Notes under the pieces: generated by a model
Told to the model about the DNA's origin: nothing
What the model saw: only the letters and a program-made list of their open reading frames with translations
Database searches by the model: none
Shown: one piece after another, positions 9,380-17,285 of the stretch
Layout of the letters: each line of letters begins with the position of its first letter
How positions within the stretch are numbered: the first letter of the stretch is position 1
Made by a program: the position numbers and the translations under genes
IMG/VR virus record: IMGVR_UViG_3300043436_003045
Location: 1-36,077 of that record
Source: a virus
Taxonomy: Duplodnaviria > Caudoviricetes
Length of the DNA stretch: 36,077 nt
Strand: one strand, 5' to 3'

Positions 9380-10066
9380 TTAAACGTCCCGGCCCACGAC
9401 CGCGGGCTTGGTCGGCAGATCGGCCAGGGGCTGGCGGCGATACACCGCATCGCGCCCGCTGCCGAAGGACTGCCCGCGCAGGCTGGCCATCAGGGTGGTG
9501 AGCTGGCCCTGGTAGAGCGTGGCGTCCGGGTGCCGGTAGTGCGCCTTCGCGTTGGTGACGGCGTGCAGCAGCACCATCTCGTCATCCATCGTGGCGGCGT
9601 GGTTGTCTTCGGTGAAGGGCAACAGGTCGCGCACGAACCAGAAGCGGATGGTGTAGAGCTGGTCGGCCTTCGGGTAGATCAGCAGCTGGGCGTAGCGCTC
9701 GAACCGGGCCGGGAAAGACTGCGTGTCCATCTCGTTCCAGTGCTGCGTCTCGATGCCGTCATGCAGCCGGCGCCATTCGCCTGCGTACTCGGTTTCGATG
9801 CGCAGGATGCGCTGGTCGCGCGCGCAGCCGCTGGCGGTGCTGAACGTGCCCGTGGTCGGGTAGTCGAGCAGGTTCTGCCCAACGCCCAGGGTCACATCCT
9901 TGTAGTCGGTCAGGTGCTTCCAGTCCTGCGCCCGGTAGAGCTGGGCCTGCCCGTTGCGCAAGAAACTGTTGATCAGGGTCTGCGCGGCTCCGCTCGCACC
10001 TTGGGCGCCCATGCCAAGGCGGGCCATGACCTCGCTGCGCAGTTCGCCCAGGGTGCGGTAAGCCAT
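9380..10066 (-). CDS. Head-tail adaptor / tail tubular protein A-like (228 aa)
   Basis: N-terminus RTLGELRSEVMARLG and motif LIYPKAD. Position downstream of the capsid gene. Confidence 0.65.
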   Translation of the reverse strand: MAYRTLGELRSEVMARLGMGAQGASGAAQTLINSFLRNGQAQLYRAQDWKHLTDYKDVTLGVGQNLLDYPTTGTFSTASGCARDQRILRIETEYAGEWRRLHDGIETQHWNEMDTQSFPARFERYAQLLIYPKADQLYTIRFWFVRDLLPFTEDNHAATMDDEMVLLHAVTNAKAHYRHPDATLYQGQLTTLMASLRGQSFGSGRDAVYRRQPLADLPTKPAVVGRDV

Positions 10067-10075
10067 CGTCAGTCC

Positions 10076-10699
10076 TTACAGGGCAATCTCGACGCCGACT
10101 TCTTCAGCCAACTTGACCAGCGCCTCATGCTTCAGGCCCCGGAACTCGGCCCACGCCTTCTCGGCAGCCACACGCTCGCCGTCGCTGCTCTCGTGAGTCA
10201 CCAGAGGCAGCGCGTAGCCGTAGCTCAGGATGAGGTCGCGCAGTTGGTCTTCCGGCAGGTCGCCGAGCGTGGGCTGGCCCAGCACGCGGCGGAAATCACC
10301 CTTGCCGAAGCGGCCGTAGATGTGCTCGCAGTTCGGCTGGTTCACCTCGACGTGCCGGCCGTAGGCCTCGCACAGGCGCTGGTACTCGGACTGCGCGTCG
10401 CCGATGAAGACCCAGCCCAGGCGCATGTTCTCGCTCGGCGGGCGGATGTGGTCCTGCCGCTTGTTGTAGGGCATCACATCGGCGCTGGCCTTGGCCTTGT
10501 AGCCCTCGTCGAGCGTCTTCGACTCGACCTCCTTCACCTCGTCCTCACCGTGGATGAGCTGCAGAAGCGGCACTTCGTGGGCCCACACAACGCGCGGGGT
10601 GTCGGTGGTCTGGTCGCGTCGGATCGAAACCAGCACGCGGCGCGAGAGGATGGATTGCGACGGCTCGGCGGACTTTCGGGTCTGGGTAGCTGCGGGCAC
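10076..10699 (-). CDS. Hypothetical phage protein (207 aa)
   Basis: GTG start with AAGGAG RBS. Codon usage is like the neighbouring structural genes. Confidence 0.7.
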   Translation of the reverse strand: MPAATQTRKSAEPSQSILSRRVLVSIRRDQTTDTPRVVWAHEVPLLQLIHGEDEVKEVESKTLDEGYKAKASADVMPYNKRQDHIRPPSENMRLGWVFIGDAQSEYQRLCEAYGRHVEVNQPNCEHIYGRFGKGDFRRVLGQPTLGDLPEDQLRDLILSYGYALPLVTHESSDGERVAAEKAWAEFRGLKHEALVKLAEEVGVEIAL

Positions 10700-10725
10700 T
10701 TTGGGCTCCTTGGTGGCGGCGGATC

Positions 10726-10754
10726 AAAAAGGGGCCGGCACAGAGCACCGACCC
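10726..10754 (-). terminator. Intrinsic terminator after the capsid and HNH genes
   Basis: Minus strand GGGTCGGTGC-TCT-GTGCCGGCCC hairpin (G-U pairs included) followed by C and TTTTT. Confidence 0.65.
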
Positions 10755-10794
10755 AAGACCTCCGCGTCCGCCTGGCGCGTTGGCAACTGAAACA

Positions 10795-11409
10795 TCACTT
10801 CTGACCTCTGACGATCAAGCTCACATAGGTCTGGTCGCAGCCGAAGCGTTCGGCCAACTGCTGTTGGGTGAACTGGCCCGTCTCGTACAGCGCACGCATC
10901 TGGGCCCTCTGGTCATCGCTGACCTTTGGGCGCAGGTTGCGCGAGCCTTTCGGGCGCCCTGGCTTGCGGGGCGCAGCGTCGATCAGGTCGATTGCCGCGC
11001 TTGCCGCGTACCAGTTGCACTGCAAAGCCTCTGCCACTTGCCGCTTGGTCGAGCCAGCGCGCCACATCGTGGCGGCCAGCGCGATCTCTTCGGCAGTCAA
11101 CACCCGGCGGGCGGTCTGGCGACCGCGCTCCAAGATGTCGGCGTTGTTGTCCTCGTGATCGCCCACAAGGAGGTGCGCAGGGTTGCAGCAGCGCCGGTTG
11201 TCGCACTGATGACGAATGACCTTCCCGCGGGGGATTGGGCCGTGCACATGTGCGTAGGCGAGGCGGTGAGTTGCCACCACCTTGTCTCCAACACGCATAC
11301 GGCCGTACATGTCTTTCGTCACAGTCCCAAGCCAGTTCCAGCAGCCATTCGCGTCAATCTCGATGCGCTGCTTGAGTCGTTCAAAGGCGTCGTTGGCGGT
11401 TTGTTGCAT
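10795..11409 (-). CDS. Free-standing HNH homing endonuclease with C-terminal HTH domains (204 aa)
   Basis: CWNWLG...YG...HRLAY...HQCDNRRCCNPAHL...N..D is an HNH_3/His-Cys-like pattern. C-terminal TQQQLAERFGCDQTYVSLIVRG is an HTH. Confidence 0.9.
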   Translation of the reverse strand: MQQTANDAFERLKQRIEIDANGCWNWLGTVTKDMYGRMRVGDKVVATHRLAYAHVHGPIPRGKVIRHQCDNRRCCNPAHLLVGDHEDNNADILERGRQTARRVLTAEEIALAATMWRAGSTKRQVAEALQCNWYAASAAIDLIDAAPRKPGRPKGSRNLRPKVSDDQRAQMRALYETGQFTQQQLAERFGCDQTYVSLIVRGQK

Positions 11410-11410
11410 G

Positions 11411-11468
11411 GTGCCGGCGGGTCGTTGCAGAAGTTCTGCATTCTACGGCCCGCCAGCACTTCTGCAAC
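11411..11468 (-). promoter_or_regulatory. HNH control region: sigma70-like promoter, palindrome and alternative hairpins
   Basis: TTGCAG (11467-11462) -N16- TAGAAT (11445-11440). Palindrome TGCAGAAnTTCTGCA at 11426-11440. 11-bp inverted repeat at 11424-11434 / 11458-11468. Confidence 0.5.
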
Positions 11469-12533
11469 TTACGTCAACGCCAGAACGGCGTTTGCATTTC
11501 CCTGGTTGAGGGTGATCGCGCCGCGCCAGGTCAAAGCCCAATAATATTCGTACCGGTCATACGCCCGCGGCGGCTTGCGGCTGATCATGTCGTGGCCCTG
11601 CAGGGGCCGCAGGCGCAGCGTGTTGGTGTTGATGAAGTAGCAGCGCTTTTCCCAGGCCGTGGCCGGCGCGAAGCGCGCGTCCAGTTCCTGGAACTCGGGC
11701 GACCACTGCACCTCGACGCCCTGGAACGTCAGCACCGCGGTGCCGCCTTCCACGCGCTTCGTGTTGCTCGGGCCGAAGTCCATGCGGCCGTAGGTGTTGA
11801 GCACGAAGTTGCGGTAGCCGTCGATGAACTGCGAGCCGGCCACGATCAGGTCGGGCGAGCCGCCGGCACCAGCGCGCATGCACTGACGCCAGTTCACTTC
11901 CATCTGGTTGAGGATGGTGCCGGTGCTGGTCGTGGTGGTCAGGCCGGTGCTAACGTTGTTGCGCCAGTAGGCGTTGCTCGACGAGCTGCGGTCGATGCCG
12001 CCCACGGTGCCCGAGGTCGGGGTGAGCGACAGCAGCGCGTCCACGCCGGTCACAGCGTCGGTGCTCTGCGTGCCGTCCAGGTGCAGCTGGTAGCTGAACT
12101 GCTCCTGGAAGCCCAGGCGCAGGGCCTCGGCTTGCTCTTCCAGCAGGTTGGTGAGCTGGATCTTCTCGGCGTCGCTGGCCGAGCGCGCGGCGCTGGCATC
12201 GTCCACCACGATGATGCCGTTCTGCGCCAGGCGGTCTTCGTCCAGCGCCAGGCCGTCATGGCACGAGCGCCAGGCGTAGTTGGCCTGCTCGTTGGTGACG
12301 CGGCGGTTGTAGGTCACCACGGACGAGCCGTTGAACCACTGGAAGTTGGACGAGTAGCGCACGCGCAGCTGCTCGACGATGAACTGCTTGGCGCCGGGCG
12401 CCGACTTCTTCTTGCTCTGCAGGGCCTGCAGGATCGGGCGCTTGACCTCGATCTGGTCGACGGGCTTGTTGGCCAGGTAGAAGTCGAGACCGATCTTGCC
12501 GGCGTCGACGATTTCGGAACTGGTGAAAGGCAT
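11469..12533 (-). CDS. Major capsid protein (354 aa)
   Basis: Size, position directly after the scaffold gene, strong codon bias, GGAG RBS, and HK97-type podovirus capsid motifs GTVGGIDRS...YWRN and CYFINTNTLRL. Confidence 0.85.
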   Translation of the reverse strand: MPFTSSEIVDAGKIGLDFYLANKPVDQIEVKRPILQALQSKKKSAPGAKQFIVEQLRVRYSSNFQWFNGSSVVTYNRRVTNEQANYAWRSCHDGLALDEDRLAQNGIIVVDDASAARSASDAEKIQLTNLLEEQAEALRLGFQEQFSYQLHLDGTQSTDAVTGVDALLSLTPTSGTVGGIDRSSSSNAYWRNNVSTGLTTTTSTGTILNQMEVNWRQCMRAGAGGSPDLIVAGSQFIDGYRNFVLNTYGRMDFGPSNTKRVEGGTAVLTFQGVEVQWSPEFQELDARFAPATAWEKRCYFINTNTLRLRPLQGHDMISRKPPRAYDRYEYYWALTWRGAITLNQGNANAVLALT

Positions 12534-12713
12534 GGTGAATCTCCGGGATGCGTTGAATCGGGCTCTCGCCCACGGTTACCGGTGACGACTCGGCTACACG
12601 TCCAACGCCCGCGGTGAACTGGGCTCACACCATCCGCGCCGGTTTGGGTTGCCCCAGGCCCAGCGCGCGGCCTTGTTTGTGCGGTGCGCGACGCCGCGTT
12701 CAGCGCTGCGGGG
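12534..12713 (-). ncRNA. Candidate structured cis-regulatory RNA in the capsid leader
   Basis: 180-nt intergenic region with two GNRA tetraloop hairpins (TGGG-GCAA-CCCA; GGGC-GAGA-GCCC), a long-range helix GCGTTGGA/TTCAACGC and two similar 9-nt-loop hairpins. Confidence 0.5.
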
Positions 12714-13817
12714 TTACGCCTCCAGGCGCCGGCCCCACATGGCTTCTTGCATGCTCGTCGGCTTGGGTTGCCCCGAACCGGCGCCCATGGGTCGAAGCGG
12801 CGCCGCGGTTGGGGCCGCAGCGGCTGCAGGCTGGCGGAAGGCCAGCCCGGATTCCTTGATGAGCTCGTACTGCGTCTGCACCAGGGCCGGCCACTGCGAA
12901 GGCGGCACGCCCTGCAGCAGCTTCGGGATGCGAGGCAGAAGCAGCTTCTCGATGGCGCTGTAGTCCAGGTCGGTGGCGGCCATGCGCTTGCAGAACCGGT
13001 CGACCTCGACCTGCGCATCCTGCACCGCCTGGCCGTGCGCCTGCTCGGCCTGCTGGCTCTGCTGCTGGGCTTGCTGACGCTGCTGCAGCGCGGACTGCTG
13101 CTTGCGCTGGCGCGCGACCTCCAGCGCCGTGGCCTCGTCGATCAGCAGGCTGTCGACCTTCTGCCGCAGATCCGGGAACTCGGCCAGCGCGTCGACGCCG
13201 GGCAGCGTCTCGCCGGTCATCAGCGAAAGCTGCCGGAGCTGCTCGGTCAGGATCTGCTGCGCTGCCTTGAAGTCGCCGCGGTTGATCGCTCCGACCACGC
13301 TGGCGGCCTGCTCGAACTGCTCCCGCGTGATGCCGTTGCTCTGGAAGGTCTCGCGCACGTAGCTGAGCTGCTGCTCCGCTTGCTGCAGCTGCTCGTCGCG
13401 CTCCTTGATGCCGTTCGCCAACTTCTGGAAGCGCTCCTGCGCCTTGGCGCCCAGGCCCTCGGGCATGACCGTGAGGTCTTCCGGCGCGTCGGGCTTGACC
13501 GGCGCAGCGGGGGCCGCGGGCGCTGCCTGCGCTACGGCAGGCTGGCCCGGCGCGGCAGGCTCAGCCGGAGCGCCTTCCTTGCCCTTGAACCTGCCCAACT
13601 CGTCGCGCGCCATGCCCTGGCTGATCGCCTCCAGCATGGTGGTCGGTGCGGCAGGCTCTGTGCTTGCTGCAGGGGCCGCGACTGCGCCAGCATCGGCGAC
13701 GGCAGCTTCACCGCTCGGCCCCGCATCCAAGGCTGGGCCGCCTCCGCCCTCACCCTCGACGATGCCGAGGCGGGCGGTTGACAGGAAGAGCCGTAGGAGG
13801 ATGCGCAGCAGGTTCAT
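12714..13817 (-). CDS. Capsid scaffolding protein (367 aa)
   Basis: Pro/Ala-rich N-terminus with RDELGRF, ERFQKL coiled coil and Q-rich helices. Immediately upstream of the capsid gene. Confidence 0.75.
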   Translation of the reverse strand: MNLLRILLRLFLSTARLGIVEGEGGGGPALDAGPSGEAAVADAGAVAAPAASTEPAAPTTMLEAISQGMARDELGRFKGKEGAPAEPAAPGQPAVAQAAPAAPAAPVKPDAPEDLTVMPEGLGAKAQERFQKLANGIKERDEQLQQAEQQLSYVRETFQSNGITREQFEQAASVVGAINRGDFKAAQQILTEQLRQLSLMTGETLPGVDALAEFPDLRQKVDSLLIDEATALEVARQRKQQSALQQRQQAQQQSQQAEQAHGQAVQDAQVEVDRFCKRMAATDLDYSAIEKLLLPRIPKLLQGVPPSQWPALVQTQYELIKESGLAFRQPAAAAAPTAAPLRPMGAGSGQPKPTSMQEAMWGRRLEA

Positions 13818-13852
13818 GGCGGATGGATCGGTGTCGGTGTTTTGGTGCCGAC

Positions 13853-13884
13853 AGCATGCAGCGCCGCCTCTGCGGTTTTCCGCC
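13853..13884 (-). promoter_or_regulatory. Putative late promoter, copy 2 (GGCGGAAAAC-N16-CATGCT)
   Basis: Shared motif and spacing. Intergenic, upstream of the scaffold and capsid genes. Confidence 0.7.
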
Positions 13885-13888
13885 CGTT

Positions 13889-14836
13889 TCAGTCCATGAG
13901 CAGCAGCTCAGCAGCAGCCAGGGCGGCGCGGTTGTGCGCCTCGATGCGGCGTCGCCGCTGCTCGATCGCCGTGGCTTCGGCTTGGGCCATTGCGGATTCC
14001 TGAGCCGCCAGCGCAGCCTGCACTGCAGCCAGTGCCTGCGGATCGAATGCAGGCGCTGCGGGGCGTCGGGCTGGCGTCGGCAGCACATCGGCCAAGCGCA
14101 CAACGGGGCGCGTGGGCTCTGCAACGGCCGCAGGCGCAGAAACGGGCGCGACGGCAGCAGCGGGCTCAGGCGCTTGCGGGGTGACGGGCGCTTGCGGCTC
14201 TTCCTCGTCGCGCTGCTCTGGCCCCAGGTACAGACGGCGGCGCTTGCCCCGCGAGCTGGCCGCGTCAGCAGGCAGGGAGTTCGAGAAGAACAGCGGCGCC
14301 GCGTCGGCAGTGTGTGCGTGCGCAGCGTCTTCAACGGTCAGAGAGGTGGCGCCGTTGAAAACGATGGCCGGGCTGTCAACGCTGTGGATGTGCAGCGCAT
14401 CAAAAACCGCTAGTCCGCTGGAGGTGCTAAGGGCAAGCGCGTCGGCCGAGTGTGCGTGCGCTGCATCGGCGACAGCCAGCAGTGTCTGCCCGGCCACAGA
14501 GAGCGTCACGGCGTCTGCGGCATGGGTGTGCGCCGCATCGGCAACGGCGAGCGCGGCCGTGGTGCTCAGCGTAAGAGCGTCTGCCGCGTGCGAATGGCCT
14601 GCGTCGCTGACTTGCAGGGCGGACGCGGTGCTTAACGCAAGGCTGTCTGCGGCGTGGCCATGCGAAGCATCTGCGACGGCGAGCGTCGCGGCGACGTTCG
14701 CCACCAGGACCAGGTTGTCGGCGCTGTGTGCGTGAGCTGCTTCTGCGGCGCTGAGCGTGGCGCCGCCACCACCCCCCGCCGCATCAGGCCCAAGCCCGAG
14801 CGGCGTTATCCCAACCGGGGAAAGGCCAAGGCTCAC
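13889..14836 (-). CDS. Repeat-containing putative virion fibre/decoration protein (315 aa)
   Basis: Seven ~21-23 aa repeats of the form L.V.DA.HxHxAD...L, a Pro/Ala linker and a C-terminal coiled coil. Confidence 0.6.
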   Translation of the reverse strand: MSLGLSPVGITPLGLGPDAAGGGGGATLSAAEAAHAHSADNLVLVANVAATLAVADASHGHAADSLALSTASALQVSDAGHSHAADALTLSTTAALAVADAAHTHAADAVTLSVAGQTLLAVADAAHAHSADALALSTSSGLAVFDALHIHSVDSPAIVFNGATSLTVEDAAHAHTADAAPLFFSNSLPADAASSRGKRRRLYLGPEQRDEEEPQAPVTPQAPEPAAAVAPVSAPAAVAEPTRPVVRLADVLPTPARRPAAPAFDPQALAAVQAALAAQESAMAQAEATAIEQRRRRIEAHNRAALAAAELLLMD

Positions 14837-15343
14837 TTAGATCTCGGGCCAGCCGGTGTTGAGGTTGTAGGCGGCCAGTGCCTCGAAGGTGGTCAGGGCG
14901 TCGATGGCGTCACGGTGCTTGCCATCTGCTCCACCGATGGCCGCCTCTGCGGCCGCGAAGCTGGCCGAGTTGGCTGCTACGCGGGCCATCATGGCGGCGA
15001 GCGTGATGCCGCGCGCCTGGGCCTCCATGGAGAGCAACGGGGCGTCGGCGGCGTTCCCGGTCTGCGAGTAGCGGATGGCCTCGTCGCGCTTGATCGGCCA
15101 AGAGGCCATCTCGCCGGGGCTGATTGCGGCCACGACCTTGTCGCGCAGGCTCTTGGCGATGGCGAGGCTTTGCGACTTCTTCTCAGCCTTGGCTTGCGCC
15201 AGGGTGTAGCTGTCGATGCTGGCCTGCACTGCCGCTTCGTCGCTGGCAACCCAGCCGCGTGCGCTGTCAAAGTGCAGCGAGTGCCCTGCCGCGATGATTG
15301 CATCGTGCAGGCCGATGCCCTTCTCGGTGTAGTTGATCGCCAT
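14837..15343 (-). CDS. Fibre assembly/chaperone-like protein (168 aa)
   Basis: ATG 15343 is coupled (TGATG) to the upstream stop. Motifs EMASWPIK..EA, APLLSMEAQARGIT and C-terminal GWP are typical of proteins that follow fibre genes. Confidence 0.6.
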   Translation of the reverse strand: MAINYTEKGIGLHDAIIAAGHSLHFDSARGWVASDEAAVQASIDSYTLAQAKAEKKSQSLAIAKSLRDKVVAAISPGEMASWPIKRDEAIRYSQTGNAADAPLLSMEAQARGITLAAMMARVAANSASFAAAEAAIGGADGKHRDAIDALTTFEALAAYNLNTGWPEI

Positions 15344-16203
15344 CAGATGCACCTCACGCCGAGAAACGGTTTTGCGCCCCCGAGTACGTCAGCACTAGCG
15401 CCCGACCAAGAACTCGGGAAAGTGGTTCCCGACCCCGCCAGGAACAGATAACCGGATGCCTCCTGCGACGCATTGAAGCCGAGCGGGTTGCTGTTGATGC
15501 CGCCCGCAGTCGAGTAGACAGCGGGGCCGTTCGTTGCGATAAGGCAACCGAAGAAGCGAGCCGGGGGCCGGAACGCAGTGAACGACAGGAACCTTTGCCC
15601 AGTCGTCGCGGCATCTGCCGTGCCCGACAAGGCGAGCTGGACATCGGGCAAGCCGTCCGCCCCTACGCTGTAGATCGCGCCGCGAATCAGCGCGCCGGCA
15701 GAGCCTGCAACGGTGACGCGAACCACCAGCGCGTCGATCTCGTTCGCGCTCTGCGCGATGAACGGCGTGGCATACGCGCGGCTGGCAACCAAGGCAAGGT
15801 TTCCCGATCCGCCTTGAATCAGGCTGATGCTGTCACCGTAGCCCCGGAAGCCGCCAGAGATGGCGTGCGCGCCCGCTGCGGTAGCCATCATGCTGGCCGC
15901 AGTCCCCGTGCAAATCACAACCTTCGTGCCGGCCGAAAGAGACACGGCCGCAGGCGTCGTTTCGTCAAAGGTGCCGGCCACCAGCGTGTTCTCGATGCGC
16001 TCGCGCACCAACTGCCCACTGCCGTTGAGATAGCCCATGCCGCACTCGATGAATGCGTCGGTTGCTTGATCCTTGATGCCGTAGGCAAATCGTACGTTCG
16101 GCCCAAACTTTTGGCTGAAGCGCACGCGGCCGGGGATCAACGTCAGGTCTAGCGGACCCGGGCCTGTCGTAGTTGTCGTTTCCTCAATGGCGTTGCCAAA
16201 CAC
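15343..16203 (-). CDS. Fibre-like structural protein (286 aa)
   Basis: N-terminus EETTTTTGPGPLDL...ECGMGY resembles a common phage fibre anchor. Beta-rich C-terminus with less GC-biased codons. Confidence 0.55.
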   Translation of the reverse strand: MFGNAIEETTTTTGPGPLDLTLIPGRVRFSQKFGPNVRFAYGIKDQATDAFIECGMGYLNGSGQLVRERIENTLVAGTFDETTPAAVSLSAGTKVVICTGTAASMMATAAGAHAISGGFRGYGDSISLIQGGSGNLALVASRAYATPFIAQSANEIDALVVRVTVAGSAGALIRGAIYSVGADGLPDVQLALSGTADAATTGQRFLSFTAFRPPARFFGCLIATNGPAVYSTAGGINSNPLGFNASQEASGYLFLAGSGTTFPSSWSGASADVLGGAKPFLGVRCI

Positions 16204-16218
16204 TGGGTCACCTCTTGG

Positions 16219-16656
16219 TCATTGAACGCGCGGCCAGCGCCAGGCGACTGCCGCTTCCAGCTGCCGCACGTCCCACGAGTCGTGGTCAGGCAGCCCGATG
16301 ATCTCGGCCGTGGCCTGGGTGCAGATAGGGCCGCCCCAGCTCGGGCGGAACATGGGCAGCAGGAAGCGCACCAAGCGCCACCAACCGTAGCCCTCGTGGC
16401 CGCGCTTGCGCAGGTAGTCGTGCGCGCGCTCGGCCGGCACATCGGTCTGGTACAGCCGCCACTTGCCGGCCGGCAGCGGCATGGTCTTGGGCCGCACGCC
16501 CCCATCCATCTGCGATGAGCTCACGCACCAGTACAAGCCGTCGCCCTGCGGCACGGCCACCTCGGTGTGCGAGCCATCGCCACCACGCGCCAGCCGCACC
16601 AGGCGGCCGAACAGGTGCGGGTCGTTGTAGCGGACGGCGACCAGAAGGCTGCTCAT
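16219..16656 (-). CDS. Permuted papain-like (NlpC/P60-related) hydrolase (145 aa)
   Basis: His (SHTEV) precedes Cys (ICTQATAE), with GGVR and G..Y.W between them, matching the permuted catalytic order. Confidence 0.6.
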   Translation of the reverse strand: MSSLLVAVRYNDPHLFGRLVRLARGGDGSHTEVAVPQGDGLYWCVSSSQMDGGVRPKTMPLPAGKWRLYQTDVPAERAHDYLRKRGHEGYGWWRLVRFLLPMFRPSWGGPICTQATAEIIGLPDHDSWDVRQLEAAVAWRWPRVQ

Positions 16657-16700
16657 TGCACGCTGCGGCTGCGGGTGTAGACGACGCGCAGGGCCGGCAT
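16653..16700 (-). other. 15-codon mini-ORF MPALRVVYTRSRSVQ (remnant or coupling peptide)
   Basis: ATG 16700 lies 4 nt after the upstream stop. Its TGA overlaps the next ATG (ATGA). Confidence 0.4.
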
Positions 16701-16704
16701 GGCG

Positions 16705-17082
16705 TCAGGTCGGGTCGCCGATCTCGATGTCCCAGGCCGGGAAGTTCACCGTGTTTGAGCCGTTCGCCGTCAGCGCCTGGCTCGTGCAGGTGGTCACATA
16801 GAGCAGCGTCGAGTCAGACACCCGCACCAGGGCCACGTGGTTGGCCGTGCCGGTGGTGTCAATCAGCACGCCACTTTTTGCGGCCACAGTGACCTTGCGC
16901 CCCGAGGTGTCGCCGTTGGCCTTGGTGAAGTCCCCGCCGGCCATCGTCACATCGGCCAGGGCAAAGGTAGCGTTCGCCTCGGTGAACGTGGTCGGCTGCG
17001 CGCTGCAGGCGATCATGCGCGTGGCCGTGGCCACCACATCAAGCGCAGCATCCATCACCAGATCGTTTGCGGCCTTAGCCAT
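16705..17082 (-). CDS. Putative virion protein (125 aa)
   Basis: Beta-rich and T/A-rich, ending VNFPAWDIEIGDPT. Lies in the structural block. Confidence 0.65.
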   Translation of the reverse strand: MAKAANDLVMDAALDVVATATRMIACSAQPTTFTEANATFALADVTMAGGDFTKANGDTSGRKVTVAAKSGVLIDTTGTANHVALVRVSDSTLLYVTTCTSQALTANGSNTVNFPAWDIEIGDPT

Positions 17083-17284
17083 GCTTCACCCCCTGCCCCA
17101 TGCGGGCGTTCTTGATGTCCAGCGCGACGGCGCCTTCCGCCTGCGGCACGGCGTCTCGGCCCACCTCGGCGGCCCAGCCGTGCGCGATGAAGCGGTGCGC
17201 GCGCAAGTCGTCAACGGTGCGCACATCGCCCGCCTCGAACCGCTCGGGCCCGTCCAGAAAAGTTGTCTTGCACTCGATTCGCAT
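17075..17284 (-). CDS. Small hypothetical phage protein (69 aa, MRIECKTTFLDG...)
   Basis: ATG 17284 directly after the portal stop, with GAGG RBS. Confidence 0.6.
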   Translation of the reverse strand: MRIECKTTFLDGPERFEAGDVRTVDDLRAHRFIAHGWAAEVGRDAVPQAEGAVALDIKNARMGQGVKHG

Positions 17285-17285
17285 C

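Noticed and set aside
10795-11468. Group I intron interrupting the capsid gene
   Set aside because: The capsid frame ends with a normal C-terminus and stop before the HNH gene, and the flanks are too short for a ribozyme core.
1-16203. Diversity-generating retroelement acting on the fibre or tailspike genes
   Set aside because: No reverse transcriptase and no adenine-variant TR/VR repeat pair were seen. The only long repeat found is exact.
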